A DNA stretch of 64,000 nucleotides from Octopus sinensis (lineage: Eukaryota): assembly GCF_006345805.1 (NCBI RefSeq), contig NC_043016.1, forward strand, positions 2,604,001-2,668,000, written 5' to 3'. The notes under the pieces are model-generated. The model worked only from the letters and a program-made list of their open reading frames with translations. It had not been told where the DNA came from and did not search any database. The position numbers were made by a program, and so were the translations under genes. Each line of letters begins with the position of its first letter. Position 1 is the first letter of the stretch. Positions 25,480 to 38,805 of this stretch are shown here, one piece after another.

Positions 25480-28400
25480 CTTTGCAACATTCACCCATCT
25501 TTTTTTTAATCTTTCGCGAGACAAAACTTCCCTCTCCATTCTCACCTTCCTTTTCAAGTGGTACTTTCAAAAGTTGATGAGCGATTGGCCAGAGAGTTAA
25601 GTGTTTGTTTCTAATCCTTTCGCTCGGGTCCACCACACACATTCCTTCACCATGGCCACCAGTACGAGGAAAACTGCCTTGCCTTCCCGGTTGAGGGAAG
25701 GGGGTGGAGCAATTCCCACGACAGACTCGGCCGATAGGCGGACTCGTCCCACACGTGACAGCAGCCGTTCGGCATAAGCCCACAGGTCTTAAATGGTTGG
25801 ACATTGCACGAGTGCGTGCAGAACGGTTTCGTCGCTCTGACCGCATCTCGGGCAAGTCGGTCCAGTGTGTCTGGAACCGTGTCTGTAGAGCTTAATCCGA
25901 ACAGGTAATGCTTCTCGATAGCACTGCCAGGCCAGGGATCTTTGGTGATTGTTCATAGGTCCCGGTCCGAAAGTTGTCCTGAACAGGCGGGTCAGGTGTT
26001 CCTCGTCGACGCCCAGACTCTGCCCGAGTTCGTCGTCGCACCTCCCCTCCACTAATCCTCTATAGAATGCCTTTGTTGTGATGGAGTTGCACAAGTTTGA
26101 TCCCGGACGGCAGAGTTGCTTGAGAGCAACGCGACACTCGCGGTGCCATTCGCCTAGCCTCGGTCTCTGCTTGATCCATGACTGTAGTTCGGCCAAGGAG
26201 ACGAGCTGCGGGAAAGCGCGTCGCACAAAAGGCGACCACACCTGTTCACCGTCGTCTATGAAGCGCCGGAGATGTCGCAGTCTCAGCGCATGTCTGCGTC
26301 GGTAGGGTCGGGACAAGACACGACGGTCAGACGATACTCGATGACGGATGCGATGTACGCGTTCTCCACCTCCGCCCAACCTTTTAGGGATAGCTTTCTC
26401 TCAGCCCATTTCTGGGTGAGAGTAGTCACAATAGTCGTTATTTCGCCCCAGTTCTTCTCCATTTGGAGGTCCGGACCGAACCAGACCCCGAACAATTTAA
26501 CCGGTCCGTCCGTCCAGCGTCCCACGATGGAGACGCTCTTGGACGGCATAGGCCTGCTTCTCCAGGTGCCGAGCCGCAACCCCACTGACTTTTCCCTGTT
26601 AATATTTGCTCCCGTTACCGCTTCGTATTCTTTTAGTGTCTCGCCGACCATCTCGATGTGCTGGTAGCTCGACACTACGACGGTGACGTCGTCCGCGTAT
26701 GCAGACACGCTCCTTCCGCATCCCAGCTCTCGTGGAACGCCCCTCAGCGTCGCCAGTTTCCGCAGTAGTGGAAGCGATGAGAGGGGGCATCCCTGACGAA
26801 CCGAACGCATGATGTTAAAAGGTCTGGATAGATGACCATTTACGCGAACTACCGATCGGATGCCGCAGTATAAGGCAGCGATCCAACCGCGGAAAACTGG
26901 ACCGAAACCAGCCGCTTTAAGGACAGCCTCCAAGTAGTGATTGTCTACCCTATCGAAAGCTTTTGATTGATCCAAATTGATCAGCGACCCACCCATGTCA
27001 GGATTCTTGACTACCCTGTCTATGATGTAGCGCATCAGATGGAGGTTGTCATGAATACTTCTACCCGGCACGGGCCATGTTTGCGCCTTGTCGATTAGTT
27101 TCTTGATGACAAGCGCCAACCTCTCGGCTAACACCTTGGCCAAAATTTTCAAATCTGCGTTGAGCAGAGTGATGGGCCTGAAATTATCTATGACGTCCCC
27201 CTTGTTTGGGTCTTTCTTAATCAGTACCACTGCTCCTCGCCTTACAAAAGCAGGGATACTCCCGTTTTGCTTCTAGTTGCAGTAGACAGCTGCCAAGACG
27301 CCTCCAAACAAGTCTGGCATATGACAATAAAGTTTGTAGGGCAGACCATCCAAGCCTGGTGACTTGTCTCTCGCGCAGCCTACCATCGCATCCTGTACGT
27401 CCGCAGCTGTAATAGGCCTTTCACAAGACTCCACTTCTCTTGCTGAGAGTTGTGGCAAAGCATGCAGGTAGGCACTAAAGTCCACTCTGCGTTCTGACCC
27501 ACCACTTCTCCCAAACAAGTGGGTGAAGTGTTGTTGAAAAGCCTCACACATCCTTTTAGGCTCGAGCAATTCGCGCCCCTGTTCATCTGTTGCCTCGTTG
27601 CGTCTCCACCACTCGGGCTTCTTGGGCAGCTCCAACTCATTCGTTCCTCAGAGCACGCATCCTAGCTCTGACAACGCATCCTTCGTGTTTGGCGTTGATG
27701 TGTTGGTCGAGAGCCAACCTCGCTGCCAGTACGTTGGACGCGATGCCAGTTCTAAATGCCTCTTCTAAAACTTTAAGTAAGTCCCCCTCTATTCTATTTC
27801 GGTCTAATGCTAGGGCTTTACTGTACCTGACTGATTCTGCTTTAATTGCTTTTTTAGGGCATACCACCATCTGTTGTTGATTATGGTACCCGTCAAAGCT
27901 CTCTTAACTAATGTGCTGATCCGGTCCCTGTAAACCTGCCGTACTGTAAAAGACGCGTTCAGCTTCCAGTAACCAGGACCCTGCCTATGTGTCTTATCTA
28001 AGTCAAGTGTACAAGTCACAAACTTGTGAACCGTGTAACTGACTATATGAAATTGTGGACAACCTACACTATTTTTATCTATTGTCCTACAGAATACTCT
28101 ATCTAAGTACGATCTGGAGGACCCGATGCGGTTACTCGATGTCCACATTGGCACATTCGGGTGGTCCAGTCGGTACCTGTCAGACAGTTGGAAACGTCTG
28201 AGCAGGTCTTTGAGGCATTTGCATCCCCTCCTATTGCTATCTCTGCCCGCGTAGTCTAGATGCGTGTCCAGGGTGGCTGTCCAATCCCCCACTAAAAGTA
28301 AAGGACGAGACGTTCCCATGAAAGACTCTAGACGTCGAAAGCAATTTGGTCGGCCTGTTAAGGACGGTGCATAAACTCCGGGTCTAGGAAAATTGTTCTT

Positions 28401-28650
28401 ACTTTGAGGTCCAGACTCTTCCGGAGAAGCACCGCGGTGCCACCTCCGCCCATTCTCGGTCGACATAAAACGGAGAAAATAAATGTTGAAATGTGTGCCG
28501 AACATGTGCTGGAGTGCCCGCGAGCTGTGGAGTCTGGTCTCACTGATGGCTATGATATGCAGATTTAGTGACTTGATGTCGTTTAACAGGTAGCCTTGTT
28601 TCCAAGGCGACCCCAAGCCACGTACAGAGAGAGAGAAAATGTTACTTATT
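25480..28650 (-). pseudogene. Tx1 copy 1 ORF2 (APE endonuclease, RT, CCHC), disrupted
   Basis: ORF track pieces 27810-28730, 27273-27635, 26283-27230 and 25789-26379 join into one ORF2 with frameshifts and stops. Confidence 0.9.
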
Positions 28651-28689
28651 ATCCGAAAGTCCCTTGTTTTTCTCCTCACAGTCTTCTCC

Positions 28690-30779
28690 CATGAGGTTTT
28701 TATAAAGTTTCTTTGATAAATATTTTTCAAATCTCTCAGCAGAATCAGGGTAGAGAGATTTCATGGTGCTGTGTGTGTTCTGTGTTACGTGTATTATTTT
28801 AATGTGTCGTGGTGGTGTTGTGCGTGGGTGGTTATTTGTTTTTGTATCGTTTTCAGTTATGTCGGTGTTTGACCTAATGTATTCCATTAGGTCGTGGTTG
28901 TTTGTGTTTATGGCCGTCAACATTGTTGGGGGGTTTGGTGATAGTGTGTTTGTGTTGATGTGTTCGTTTTCTGTGGATGTTTTTGTTTCGGGAGTGGTGA
29001 ATCTTCCTGTTTTGTTTGTTAGCTTTTCTATTCTTTTTTTCCCTTTTTTCTCCTCCCCTCTGTGGCTATTTGCCAATCCTCTGTGTCTTCTTCATCTAAT
29101 GACATGTCAGAGGAATCAGAGAGTGGGAGGGGAAAAGTATTGGGGGTCTATTTTTGACTGTGTTGACTTTGTTGTTGGTGAGCGTTAGGGTGTGGTGTAT
29201 AGGTTTTTGGAGGTGGGGTGTGGGTATTTTGTGTTTGTTTGATTGTAGGTATTGTTGTGGTGTTTGGGGGGATTTGGAGTAGTAATTGTTTCTTCATTTT
29301 TGATGCTTGTCTTTTTGGTAGATGTTCTTGGTTTGGGTGTTGGTTTCTCTTTGGTTGTTGTTGTTGATGTTGTTTTTGTTCTTGGTGCAGTTGGTGGTGT
29401 TGTTTGATTGGGTAGGTTTGTTTCTTGTTGATTTTCTGTGACTGAACCTTTTATTGTTCGTGCAAACTGTGGTGTGGGTAATAAAGCTGGCTTTTTTGTT
29501 TTTTTTCCGGCTGCTGTTGTTGTTGCTGCTGTTTTCTTGCGGCAGATTTGCAATCTTTTTTTAGATGTTGCTCACTGCCGCATATGTAGCAGCGTAGTCT
29601 TCTGCTCTCGACGACCACATACAACTTGTGGTCTTCTCATATGTATATCTGGGTGGGCATTTTGTTGATGGCATCTTGGTTGATGTGTAGCAGAATTTCT
29701 ACTCTTTTTCCCACCCAGTTTTTTGTGTTCAGTGACCGTGGTTTGTAATATGTTAAAATCGTCCATTTCCACACATATGGCCGATGTTAGCCATAGAGTG
29801 TCCGCTATTTGTGGAACATTGTTTAATATGACCTTAGTTACTCTCTGTCCATGGTAGCTAGGTATCATAGTGAGTTCATTCGAATGAAGAGTTAGCGTTG
29901 AGAATCGTTTTGCTAACTCTTCAGTGTGGAAAGCTACTTGTATGTGCGCAAACTTGTTCTACCAGGTCACATATTCTTTGAAGTTCCAAACAGGTTGCAA
30001 GCATTTTTCGATTTTGTCAGTGTTTGCCTTCTCTGGACTTTTTGTCTTCTTGTTGATTATTTTATATATAATGGTTTTCTTTTTTTCATTTTCTAGTATT
30101 TGTTGTGGTATGTTTATTTTTACTTTGCCATTTTCTTTAGTTATTAAAGTTTTGGTATCTTTTATCTGTTGTGTTGTAAAAGATACTGTTGTCTTTTTTT
30201 CATTTATTGCCTCGGCGAAATTTGTTGTTGTTTTGTTATTGTTGTTGCTGGTGGTGATGTTGTTGTTGGCTGCAGTTGGAAAATTCGGTGTATTTGGTGT
30301 CTGATGTTTGATTGTGCAAGTAGGAATGGGTGGAAAATTACTTGCATAATTTGTTCCTGCGTTTGAGCAGCTTTCGGCAATTCGTTTGGTGGTCGCGGTT
30401 TTTTGTTTCTCTACTTCAGTTTATGGTGTTCGAGGAAACAAGGTCTGAAAAGAAATGTTGTTGTTGTTATTGTTGTTATTGTTGTGGGTGTTGGCGGGGG
30501 TGTCAGTGGCAGAAGGGACAGCCGTGGCAGCAGATATCGTTACATTTTGGACATTTATATTTACTTCATTTTTGTAGTTGTTATTGTTGTTGTTGTTAAT
30601 GTTTGTTGTGTCAGTATAAGTTCTATCATTGGTGTTGGTGTTGGTGGTGGTGGTGGTGGTGTTGATTTCAGTTTTATCTTTCTTTGTAGCAGTGTATTTG
30701 TTGACTGTCTTTTCCAAAGCAGGAAATCCTCCTTAGAAAAAATCGCAGAATACTGTTCTACGATAAAATTTCTCGACAT
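28690..30779 (-). pseudogene. Tx1 copy 1 ORF1 (Thr/Asn-rich N-terminus, core, zinc knuckle, low-complexity tail), disrupted
   Basis: Pieces 30421-30779, 29572-29868, 29185-29553 and 28642-29076; homologous to ORF1 of copies 4 and 6. Confidence 0.8.
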
Positions 30780-31190
30780 TTTTTTATCGAGAAATAAAAA
30801 ATCAATTGATGAAAATGCCCCTCGATGCGAATTCTACATTTAAAAAAAAACTAAACGTAAGTTTGGCGTTTGGAAAGTTGAAAAATTCCGAAAATATAAA
30901 AAGTAAACAACGGATGTAACAGAGAGAGAGGACAGCGGCTATGCGTTATGATAAACGCTTCGTCGAGATTGTGTGAAAATAAGCTATGAAAGCAAAAATT
31001 TTGATATATAACCACGGTTGAAATTTCCCCTAGGGGCAAAATCCCCCCCCCCCCCGGAAAACCCACCCAGACGGAAGCTGGGTGTCTTACACACTCCTTG
31101 TGCAAAATTTGAAACGAACCCTTTTCAAAAACACAATAAAATAAGCAATTGACTTACGATTCGATCTGTCAATGAGTACTATCAATCGAG

Positions 31191-31219
31191 ATATATAGAT
31201 AGATGGGTAGGTAGGTAGG

Positions 31220-31308
<89 letters not shown>
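31191..31308. repeat. (GATA)n spacer between Tx1 copies 1 and 2
   Basis: Directly visible. Confidence 0.95.
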
Positions 31309-31310
<2 letters not shown>

Positions 31311-31907
31311 GTTTCTTTATTGGCCACACAGGGCTGCACACAGATGGGACAAGTTACAAGGTAGAGCTTTTCTTTTGGGGGATGAAGAGAACAAAAAACA
31401 AAAGAAAAAAAAAGGGGGTGGCGTAGGTTTTCGATCAAGAGGGATCGTAAAAGGGAAGAAAAGAACAAAAACAAAAAAAACAAAAAAAATTGAATAAAAT
31501 AAAAAGAATAAAAAGAAAAAAAAAGAAAAGGAAAAGGAACAAAAGGAAAGAGAAATGAAAAAAGAAGAAAAAAGGGGAAAAAAAGGGGAAGAGGAAAAAA
31601 AAGAACGATCAATAGGGATCGTGTATCACAGTGTTATGATATATGGTGTAAAGGGGAAAGCAAGTAAGGTTTATCCGTGGGAAGAAAAGCCTACGAAAAA
31701 GACCACGGTAACCTTGGTCAATATTGTTATATGTTACCACATTTGTTTGCAAGTGCGTAACCCTCTGTTTTCAATTTCTGGGTTCATAGGATTATGCTCA
31801 AGGTGGCTTCGTCATTCATACGTGCCATCCTTGCTACATTCACCCATCTTTTTTTAAAACATTCGCTAGACAAAACTTGCCTCTCTACTCTCACTTTCCT
31901 TTTCAAA
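31309..31907 (-). mobile_element. Tx1 copy 2, 5'-truncated (~600 bp: ORF2 tip and 3'UTR)
   Basis: Encodes ...[19 protein letters not shown](K)W...; 3' end CCCTGTGTGGCCAATAAAGAAAC then TATC repeats. Confidence 0.92.
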
Positions 31908-31959
<52 letters not shown>

Positions 31960-31960
31960 G

Positions 31961-32024
<64 letters not shown>

Positions 32025-32063
32025 GATGGGTAAATAGATAGGTAGGTAGATAGATAGATAGAT
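31908..32063. repeat. (GATA)n spacer between copies 2 and 3
   Basis: Directly visible. Confidence 0.95.
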
Positions 32064-32792
32064 AAGTTTCTTTATTGGCCACACAGGGTCGCACACAGAT
32101 GGGACAAGTTACAAGGTAGAGCTTTTCTTTTGGGGGATGAAGAGAACAAAAAACAAAAAAAAAAGGGGTGGCGTAGGTTTTCGATCAAGAGGGATCGTAA
32201 AAGGGAAGAAAAGAACAAAAAAAAATTAAATAAAATAAAAGGAATAAAAAGAAAAAGAAGAAAAGGAAAAGGAACAAAAGGAAAGAGAAATGAAAAAAGA
32301 AGAAAAAAGGGGAAAAAAAGGGGGAAGAGGAAAAAAAACGATCAATAGGGATCGTGTATCACAGTGTTATGATATATGGTGTAAAGGGGAAAGCAAGTAA
32401 GGTTTATCCGTGGGAAGAAAAGCCTACGAAAAAGACCACGGTAACCTTGGTCAATATTGTTATATGTTACCACATTTGTTTGCAAGTGGGTAACCCTCTG
32501 TTTTCAATTTCTGGGTTCATAGGATTATGTTCAAGGTGGCTTCGTCATTCATACGTGCCATCCTTGCTTCATTCACCCATCTTTTTTTAAAACATTCGCT
32601 AGACAAAACTTGCCTCTCTACTCTCACTTTCCTTTTCAAGTGGTACTTGAAGAGGTTGATGAGAGATTGACCAGAGAGGAAAGTGTTTGTCTCCAATCCT
32701 TTCAGACGCGTCCACCAGATACATTCTTTCGCCATAGCCACAAGGATGATGAAAATAGCTCTTCCTTCCCGTTTGAAGGAAGGAGGCGTGAC
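32064..32792 (-). mobile_element. Tx1 copy 3, 5'-truncated (~730 bp), near-identical to copy 2
   Basis: [72 protein letters not shown]; 3'UTR almost identical to 31309-31907. Confidence 0.92.
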
Positions 32793-32871
<79 letters not shown>

Positions 32872-32895
32872 GATAGATAGATGGATAGATAGATG

Positions 32896-32928
<33 letters not shown>

Positions 32929-32940
32929 GATAGATAGATG

Positions 32941-33007
<67 letters not shown>
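32793..33007. repeat. (GATA)n spacer between copies 3 and 4
   Basis: Directly visible. Confidence 0.95.
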
Positions 33008-33009
<2 letters not shown>

Positions 33010-36000
33010 CTTTTTATTGTGGCCACACAGGGCTAAACACAGAAAAATCGACGAAATACAATGTAGAGTGTTTCTTTTCGAGGTGGGATGGCTGGGACAC
33101 ACAAAGAAAAACGTTCGATCAATAGGGATCTGTGGGTTATGTGGTGTATAAAAAGCAATATATGTAAAGTTCCCCCCCCCCCAAAAAGAGGGCCAGGGGA
33201 TCGCTATTATTCACAGTTTAGTTGTAGCCTTGAAGAGAAACACCTACAAAAAAGACCAAGGTCACCTCAGACAGTTCGAAAATGAACACATGAGTAAAGG
33301 AAAGTGGTGGAACAATATTCACGATAGACTCGGCCGATAAGCGGGCCCGTCCTACACGCGACAACAGCTGTTCGACGAAGGTCCACAGCTCTGAAATATG
33401 TGGACACTGCACGAGTGCGTGCAGAACGGTTTCGTCGTTCTGACCGCATCTCGAGCAGGTCTGCCCGGTGATGGTTTTCGAAACGTGCCTGTAGCTCTTC
33501 TCTCGAACAGGTAATGCGTCTCGTAGCATTGCCAAGCCAGGGAAATCTGGAAGTTATCCATAGGCCCCGGCCCGAACGTCGTCCTGAAAAGGTGGGTTAG
33601 GAATTTCGCATCGACGCCCAGGTTTGCCCCGAGTGTGTCGTCGGACCTCCCCTCCACTAGTCCTCTATAGAACGCTTTAGTCATTTGTAAGCTGCACAAG
33701 TTTGATCCCGGGCGACAGAGCTGCTGTAGAGCTTGGCGACATTCTCGGTGCCAATCGCCCAGTTTCGGTCTCTTTTTGATCCACGTTTGCAGTTCGGTCA
33801 GTGAAACGAGCTGCGGGAAGGCGCGCCTCATAAACGGCGCCCACACCTGTTCACCGTCATCGATGAAGTTCCAGAGATGTCGCAGTCTCAGCGCATGCCT
33901 GCGCATCATTAACCACGGCATGCCCAGTCCTTCATTTAACGGATGTTGACAGCAAATGGCCCGCCTCACCATCGGAACGCCACCTTCCACAGAAATCGGA
34001 AGAGTATGCGTTCCAGTTTGGTGATGGTAGCATCGGGACAAGGCACGACGGTCAGGCGGTAATCGATGACGGATGCGATGTACGCGCTCGCCACATCCGC
34101 CCCGGCCTTTTAGAGACAGCTTTCTCTCGGCCCATGTTTGGCTGAGAGCGACCACTCTACTCATGATCTTGTCCCAGTTCTTATCCATTTTGAGGTCCGG
34201 ACTGAACACAACCCCGAGCAATTTAACCGGTTCGTCGGTCCAGTGTCCCACTACTGAGTCGCAGTTGGACGGTATGGGCTTGCTTCTCCAGGTGCTGAGT
34301 AGCAAACCCACTGACTTTTCCGGGTTAATTTTCGCTCCCGTCACTGTTTCGTATTCTTTTAGTGTTTCGTCTATCATCTGGATGTGCTTTTCGCTCAACA
34401 CTATGACGGTGACATTGTCCGCATATGCCGACACGCTCGTTCCGTAACCCAATTCCCGCGGGATGCCCCTCAGTGTCGCCAGCTTCCGCAGTTGCGGCTC
34501 GAGAGTCAATACATACAGAAGCGCCGACAGGGGACAACCCTGACGGAACGAACGCGTGATGTCAAACGGTTTCGACAGGTCACCGTTCACCCGAATTACC
34601 GATAGGATGCTGCTATACAAGGCAGCGATGCAACCGCGGAAGACGGGACCGAAGCAAGCCGCTTTAAGGACAGCCTCCAATTAGTGATGGTCGATCTTAT
34701 CGAAGGCTTTAGACTGATCCAAATTGATCAGCGCCCCACCCATGCAAGGATTCTTGACTACCCTGTCCACGATGTAGCGTATTAGATGGAGTTTGTCATG
34801 TATGGTTCTGGCTGGCACGGCGCATGTTTGCGCCCTATCGACCAGTTTACCAAGGACAAGCGCCAACTTTCGGCTATTACTTTGGCCAAAATTTTCAAAT
34901 CTGCGTTGGGGGCCAGAGTGATGGGCCTGAAATTATCTATAAAATTCTCCTTGTTTGGGTCTTTCTTCAGCAACGTCACTGCACCTCGGCTCATGAAACC
35001 AGGGATTCTCCCGTTTTGCTGCCAGTTGCAGTAGATTGATGCCAAGAGGTCGCCAAACAAGTGTGGCATTTGACAATACAGCTCGTAGGGTAGACCATCC
35101 AATCCAGGCGACTTATCCCTCGCGCAGCCCGCCATCGCATCCCGGACGTCGGTGGCTGTGATGGGACTTTCACAACACTCCGCATCTCTTGCCGAGAGCC
35201 GCGGCAGGTTGGTCAGATAGGCACATAAGTCCATCCCGCGTTCCGACCCACCACTCGCACCAAACAGTCGAGCAAAGTGTTGTAGAAAGGCCTCACACAT
35301 CCTTCGGGTTCGAGTAAACTGCATCCCTGTTGATCTATTCGAGACTCTGTTGCCACGTTGCGTCTCCGCTTCCCGGGCCTCTCGCGCAGCTTCGATCCCT
35401 TCGTTCCTTAAGGCACGCATTTTAGCTCTGACGACGCAACCTTCGTGTTTGGTGTTGAGGTGTTGGATGAGGGCCATCCTCGCAGCCAGCACGTTGGTTG
35501 CGCTGCCAGTGGTAAGTGCCTCTTCTAGTTTCTTAACCAAGTCTCCCTCTACTCTATTTCGATCTAACGCTAATTCCTTGCTAAACCTAATTGATACCGA
35601 TTTTATTGCCATTTTCAGAGCGAACCACCAGCGGTTGTTAACGATGGCTCCCGCCAACGCCCTCTTAATTAACTCGCTAATCCGCTAAGAGCGACATGTT
35701 CAGTTTCCAGTAACCGGGACCCTGTCTATGTGTCTTATCTAAGTCGCGCGTACACGTCACAAATTTGTGATCTGTGTAGCTGACAATTTTAAATTGTGGA
35801 CATCCTACACTATCCCTATCTGCTGTCCTGCATAGAATTCTATCTAGATAAGATCTCGACGATCCTACGCGGTTTGTCCAAGTCCACGTTGGCACGTTCG
35901 GATGGTCTTTCAGGCACTTACACCCCCTTCTATTCCTATCCATTCCCACATAATCTAGATGCGTGTCCAAGGTAGCGTTCCAATCCCCTACTAATAGTAA

Positions 36001-38780
36001 AGGTCTAGACGTACCCAGGAAAACCTCTAAACGTCAGAAGAAATCTGCCCGACCCGTTAAAGACGGTGCATAAACTGCCACAGACGGAATGCACACCCCT
36101 TTCTGCCAACCATGTCTAAGACAACCAGCCTACCCTCCGGGTCTAGGAATATTGTTCTTACTTTTACATTTAGACTCTTTCGAAAAAGCACCGCGGTACC
36201 TCCACCACCCATGTTCGGCAGACAGGGAGAAAAATAAACGTTAAATTGATTGCCAAACATGGATGCGAGGGCCCGCGGCTTGCTAAGTCTTTTTTCACTA
36301 TATATCCACGTTCAGTGACTTGATGTCGTTTAGAAGGTAACCTTGCTTCCAAGCCGACGCCAAGCCACGCTCATTCACACAACCTAATTTAAGCATAATT
36401 GATCTTTAAGAAATTTGTGTTTCACACACTACACTGAAAGAGACAAGAGGGAAGGTCACTTACTCATTTCGAAAGTTTGAGTTTATTCTTCTTTTAAAAT
36501 GACTTTGAGGAGGTGTTTGTAAAGTTTTTTAGACAAGTACTTTTGAAACCCCCGACCACATTTGGAAAGATGGTTTTCAGTGTGTGGTGCTGTGTTTGTG
36601 TTATGTGTACAATTCTTATGTGTTTCGGTGGTGTACTGCGTGGTTGATTATTTACTTTAAAGTCATCTTCACAGATGTTTGTGTTAGATGCAATGTATTC
36701 CATTAGTTTTTTATTGTCCGTGTCTATTGCTGTTAGATGTGTGTGTGGTTTTGCGGGGTCATTGATGGTTTGATTGTCTAAGGGGGAGCTGTCAGGAGTT
36801 AAATATCTCCCTGCTTTACTTGCTTGTTTAGTGGGGTTTTTTTATCTTTTCCTTTCACCCCCTGCGGCTATTTGCTATTCCGTCGAACTTTCGTCGTTGG
36901 ACGAAGAGTCTGACGAATCAGAAGGGGGTAAAGGCAAAGCATTAGCATCTATATGTATGTTTGTAGAAAGTGTTGTTGTTTTGTGCAGTGTTTGTGTTGT
37001 TGTGGTGTTAGGGGTAGAATTTATCTACTCATCACTGTTATCTGTTTTCTTAGTTGTCGTCCTTGGTGCTGGTGTTGGTCTATCTTTTGATGTTGGTTGT
37101 GGTTTTACTTCTTTATTTGGTTGCGACGTCAACGGTAATTTTGTTGGTGCTGTTTCCCTTCTTGGTGATGCTGTTGGGGCTTGTTTGCTAGTTTGTTGTT
37201 GTTCCATATTTCTATATAATTCCTGTATCAGTTGTGGGTTTGGTGGTATTGGTAGCAGAGGTTGTTTTTTATTTGTTTTCTGATTTGTTTTTTCTTGTTT
37301 TTTCTGTTCCAGAACGCACTTTGCAATTAAGTGGTCTGGGTGCCACGGCTGTAGTATCTTGGCTTTTTACCTTCTGCTACCACATACAGGCTTTCGCCAT
37401 TTTCCAAATATATAATATTAGGTAAGTTCTCGATAGAAGACCCATCGTTTTGAAGGGTCACTTCTATCGATTTACCACTCCAATTATCATTTTTAAACAC
37501 GGCGATTTCTAATATGTTTATCGATTTTAAATGATAACATATCGCCGATGTTATCCATTTGGGTGTGATTTTGGGCGGGACATTTTTTATTGTTATCTTA
37601 CTCACTCTTTGTCCCATGTAATATGGGACCATGATGAGTTCTTCATTTTGTAATGTCTCCGTAGAGTGAGCTTTTGCCTCTTCCTGATTATGGAAGCGGA
37701 CCACCACTGTATTAAACTAGGGACCCCAGTTTATGCATTGTTTTATATTCATAATATACTTGGCTCATTTTTCAATGTCTGCTTTTGTTACCTGTTCTGT
37801 TTTGGGTTTTTTTGGATTTTTTTATAATTCTATATAAAATTGTTCTCTTCCCCATATCTTCTTTCACATGCTGTGGTGTTGTGTAGAATTAAATTTTGTC
37901 CTGAAGTTGTGAAGAGTAATCTTGTCTCACCAACTCTTCATTTGTGAAATGTACAATTACTCTTTTTTGACGCAGGGTGTCAGCGAAATTCACAGTTCTT
38001 CTGGCAGTTGTTTCGTTGTGTGTTGTTTTTGTTGTTGTTGTTGTATCAGAATTATTGTTGGTTGTTGTAGTGTTTGTAGCTTTTTCAGGGACTGGTACTT
38101 TTTTCATGTTAATAATATCTTCACCAATATGTGAGATAATTAAATCTTGTGAAACATCATGGGCATTTATATTTATATTTACTTCATTCTTGTTGTTAAC
38201 GGTTGTTGTGTCAGTGATAGTTTTGGTTTTGGTGGTGGTGGTGTTGATTACAGTCTTATCATTGTTTGTAGCAGCGTCTTTGTTGACTGTCTTTTCCAAA
38301 GCAGGAAAATCCTCCTTAGAAAAAATCGCAGAATACTGTTCTATGATAAAATTTCTGGACATTTTTTTTTATCGAGAAATAAAAAATCAATTGAGGAAAA
38401 TGCCCCTAGGAGCGAATTCTACATTTAAAAAACACCCAAACGAAAGTTGGGCGATTGAAAAGTTGAAAACTCCAAAAATGTAAAATGTAAACAAATGGAT
38501 GCAACAGAGAAAGAGGGAAAAGCGTCTATGCGTTATGAGGAATGCTTCGGCGACAAGCTATAGAAGCTATAGAAAACAAGCTATAGAAGCAAACATTTTT
38601 ATATCTAATCAATACAGAAATTGTCCCTAGTGGCAAAATCCCCTCCGGAAAACACACCCAGACGAAGGCTGGGTGTCTTACACACTCCGTGCGCGAAAAT
38701 TTGAAACGAAACTTTTGCAAATACACAATAAAAAAAGCGATTGACTTACGAGCCGATCCAACAATGAACACTATCGATCG
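33008..38780 (-). mobile_element. Tx1 copy 4, full length with internal deletions, mosaic
   Basis: ORF1 from 38362 (MSRNFIIEQY...), ORF2 ATG at 36396 (MLKLGCVNERGL), APE/RT/CCHC motifs. Relative to copy 6 it lacks about 285 bp at ~33297 covering the ORF2 C-terminus. Confidence 0.95.
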
Positions 38781-38805
38781 AGATAGATAGATAGATAGAT
38801 AGATA
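38781..38805. repeat. Short (GATA)n spacer between copies 4 and 5
   Basis: Directly visible (about 6 units). Confidence 0.95.
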
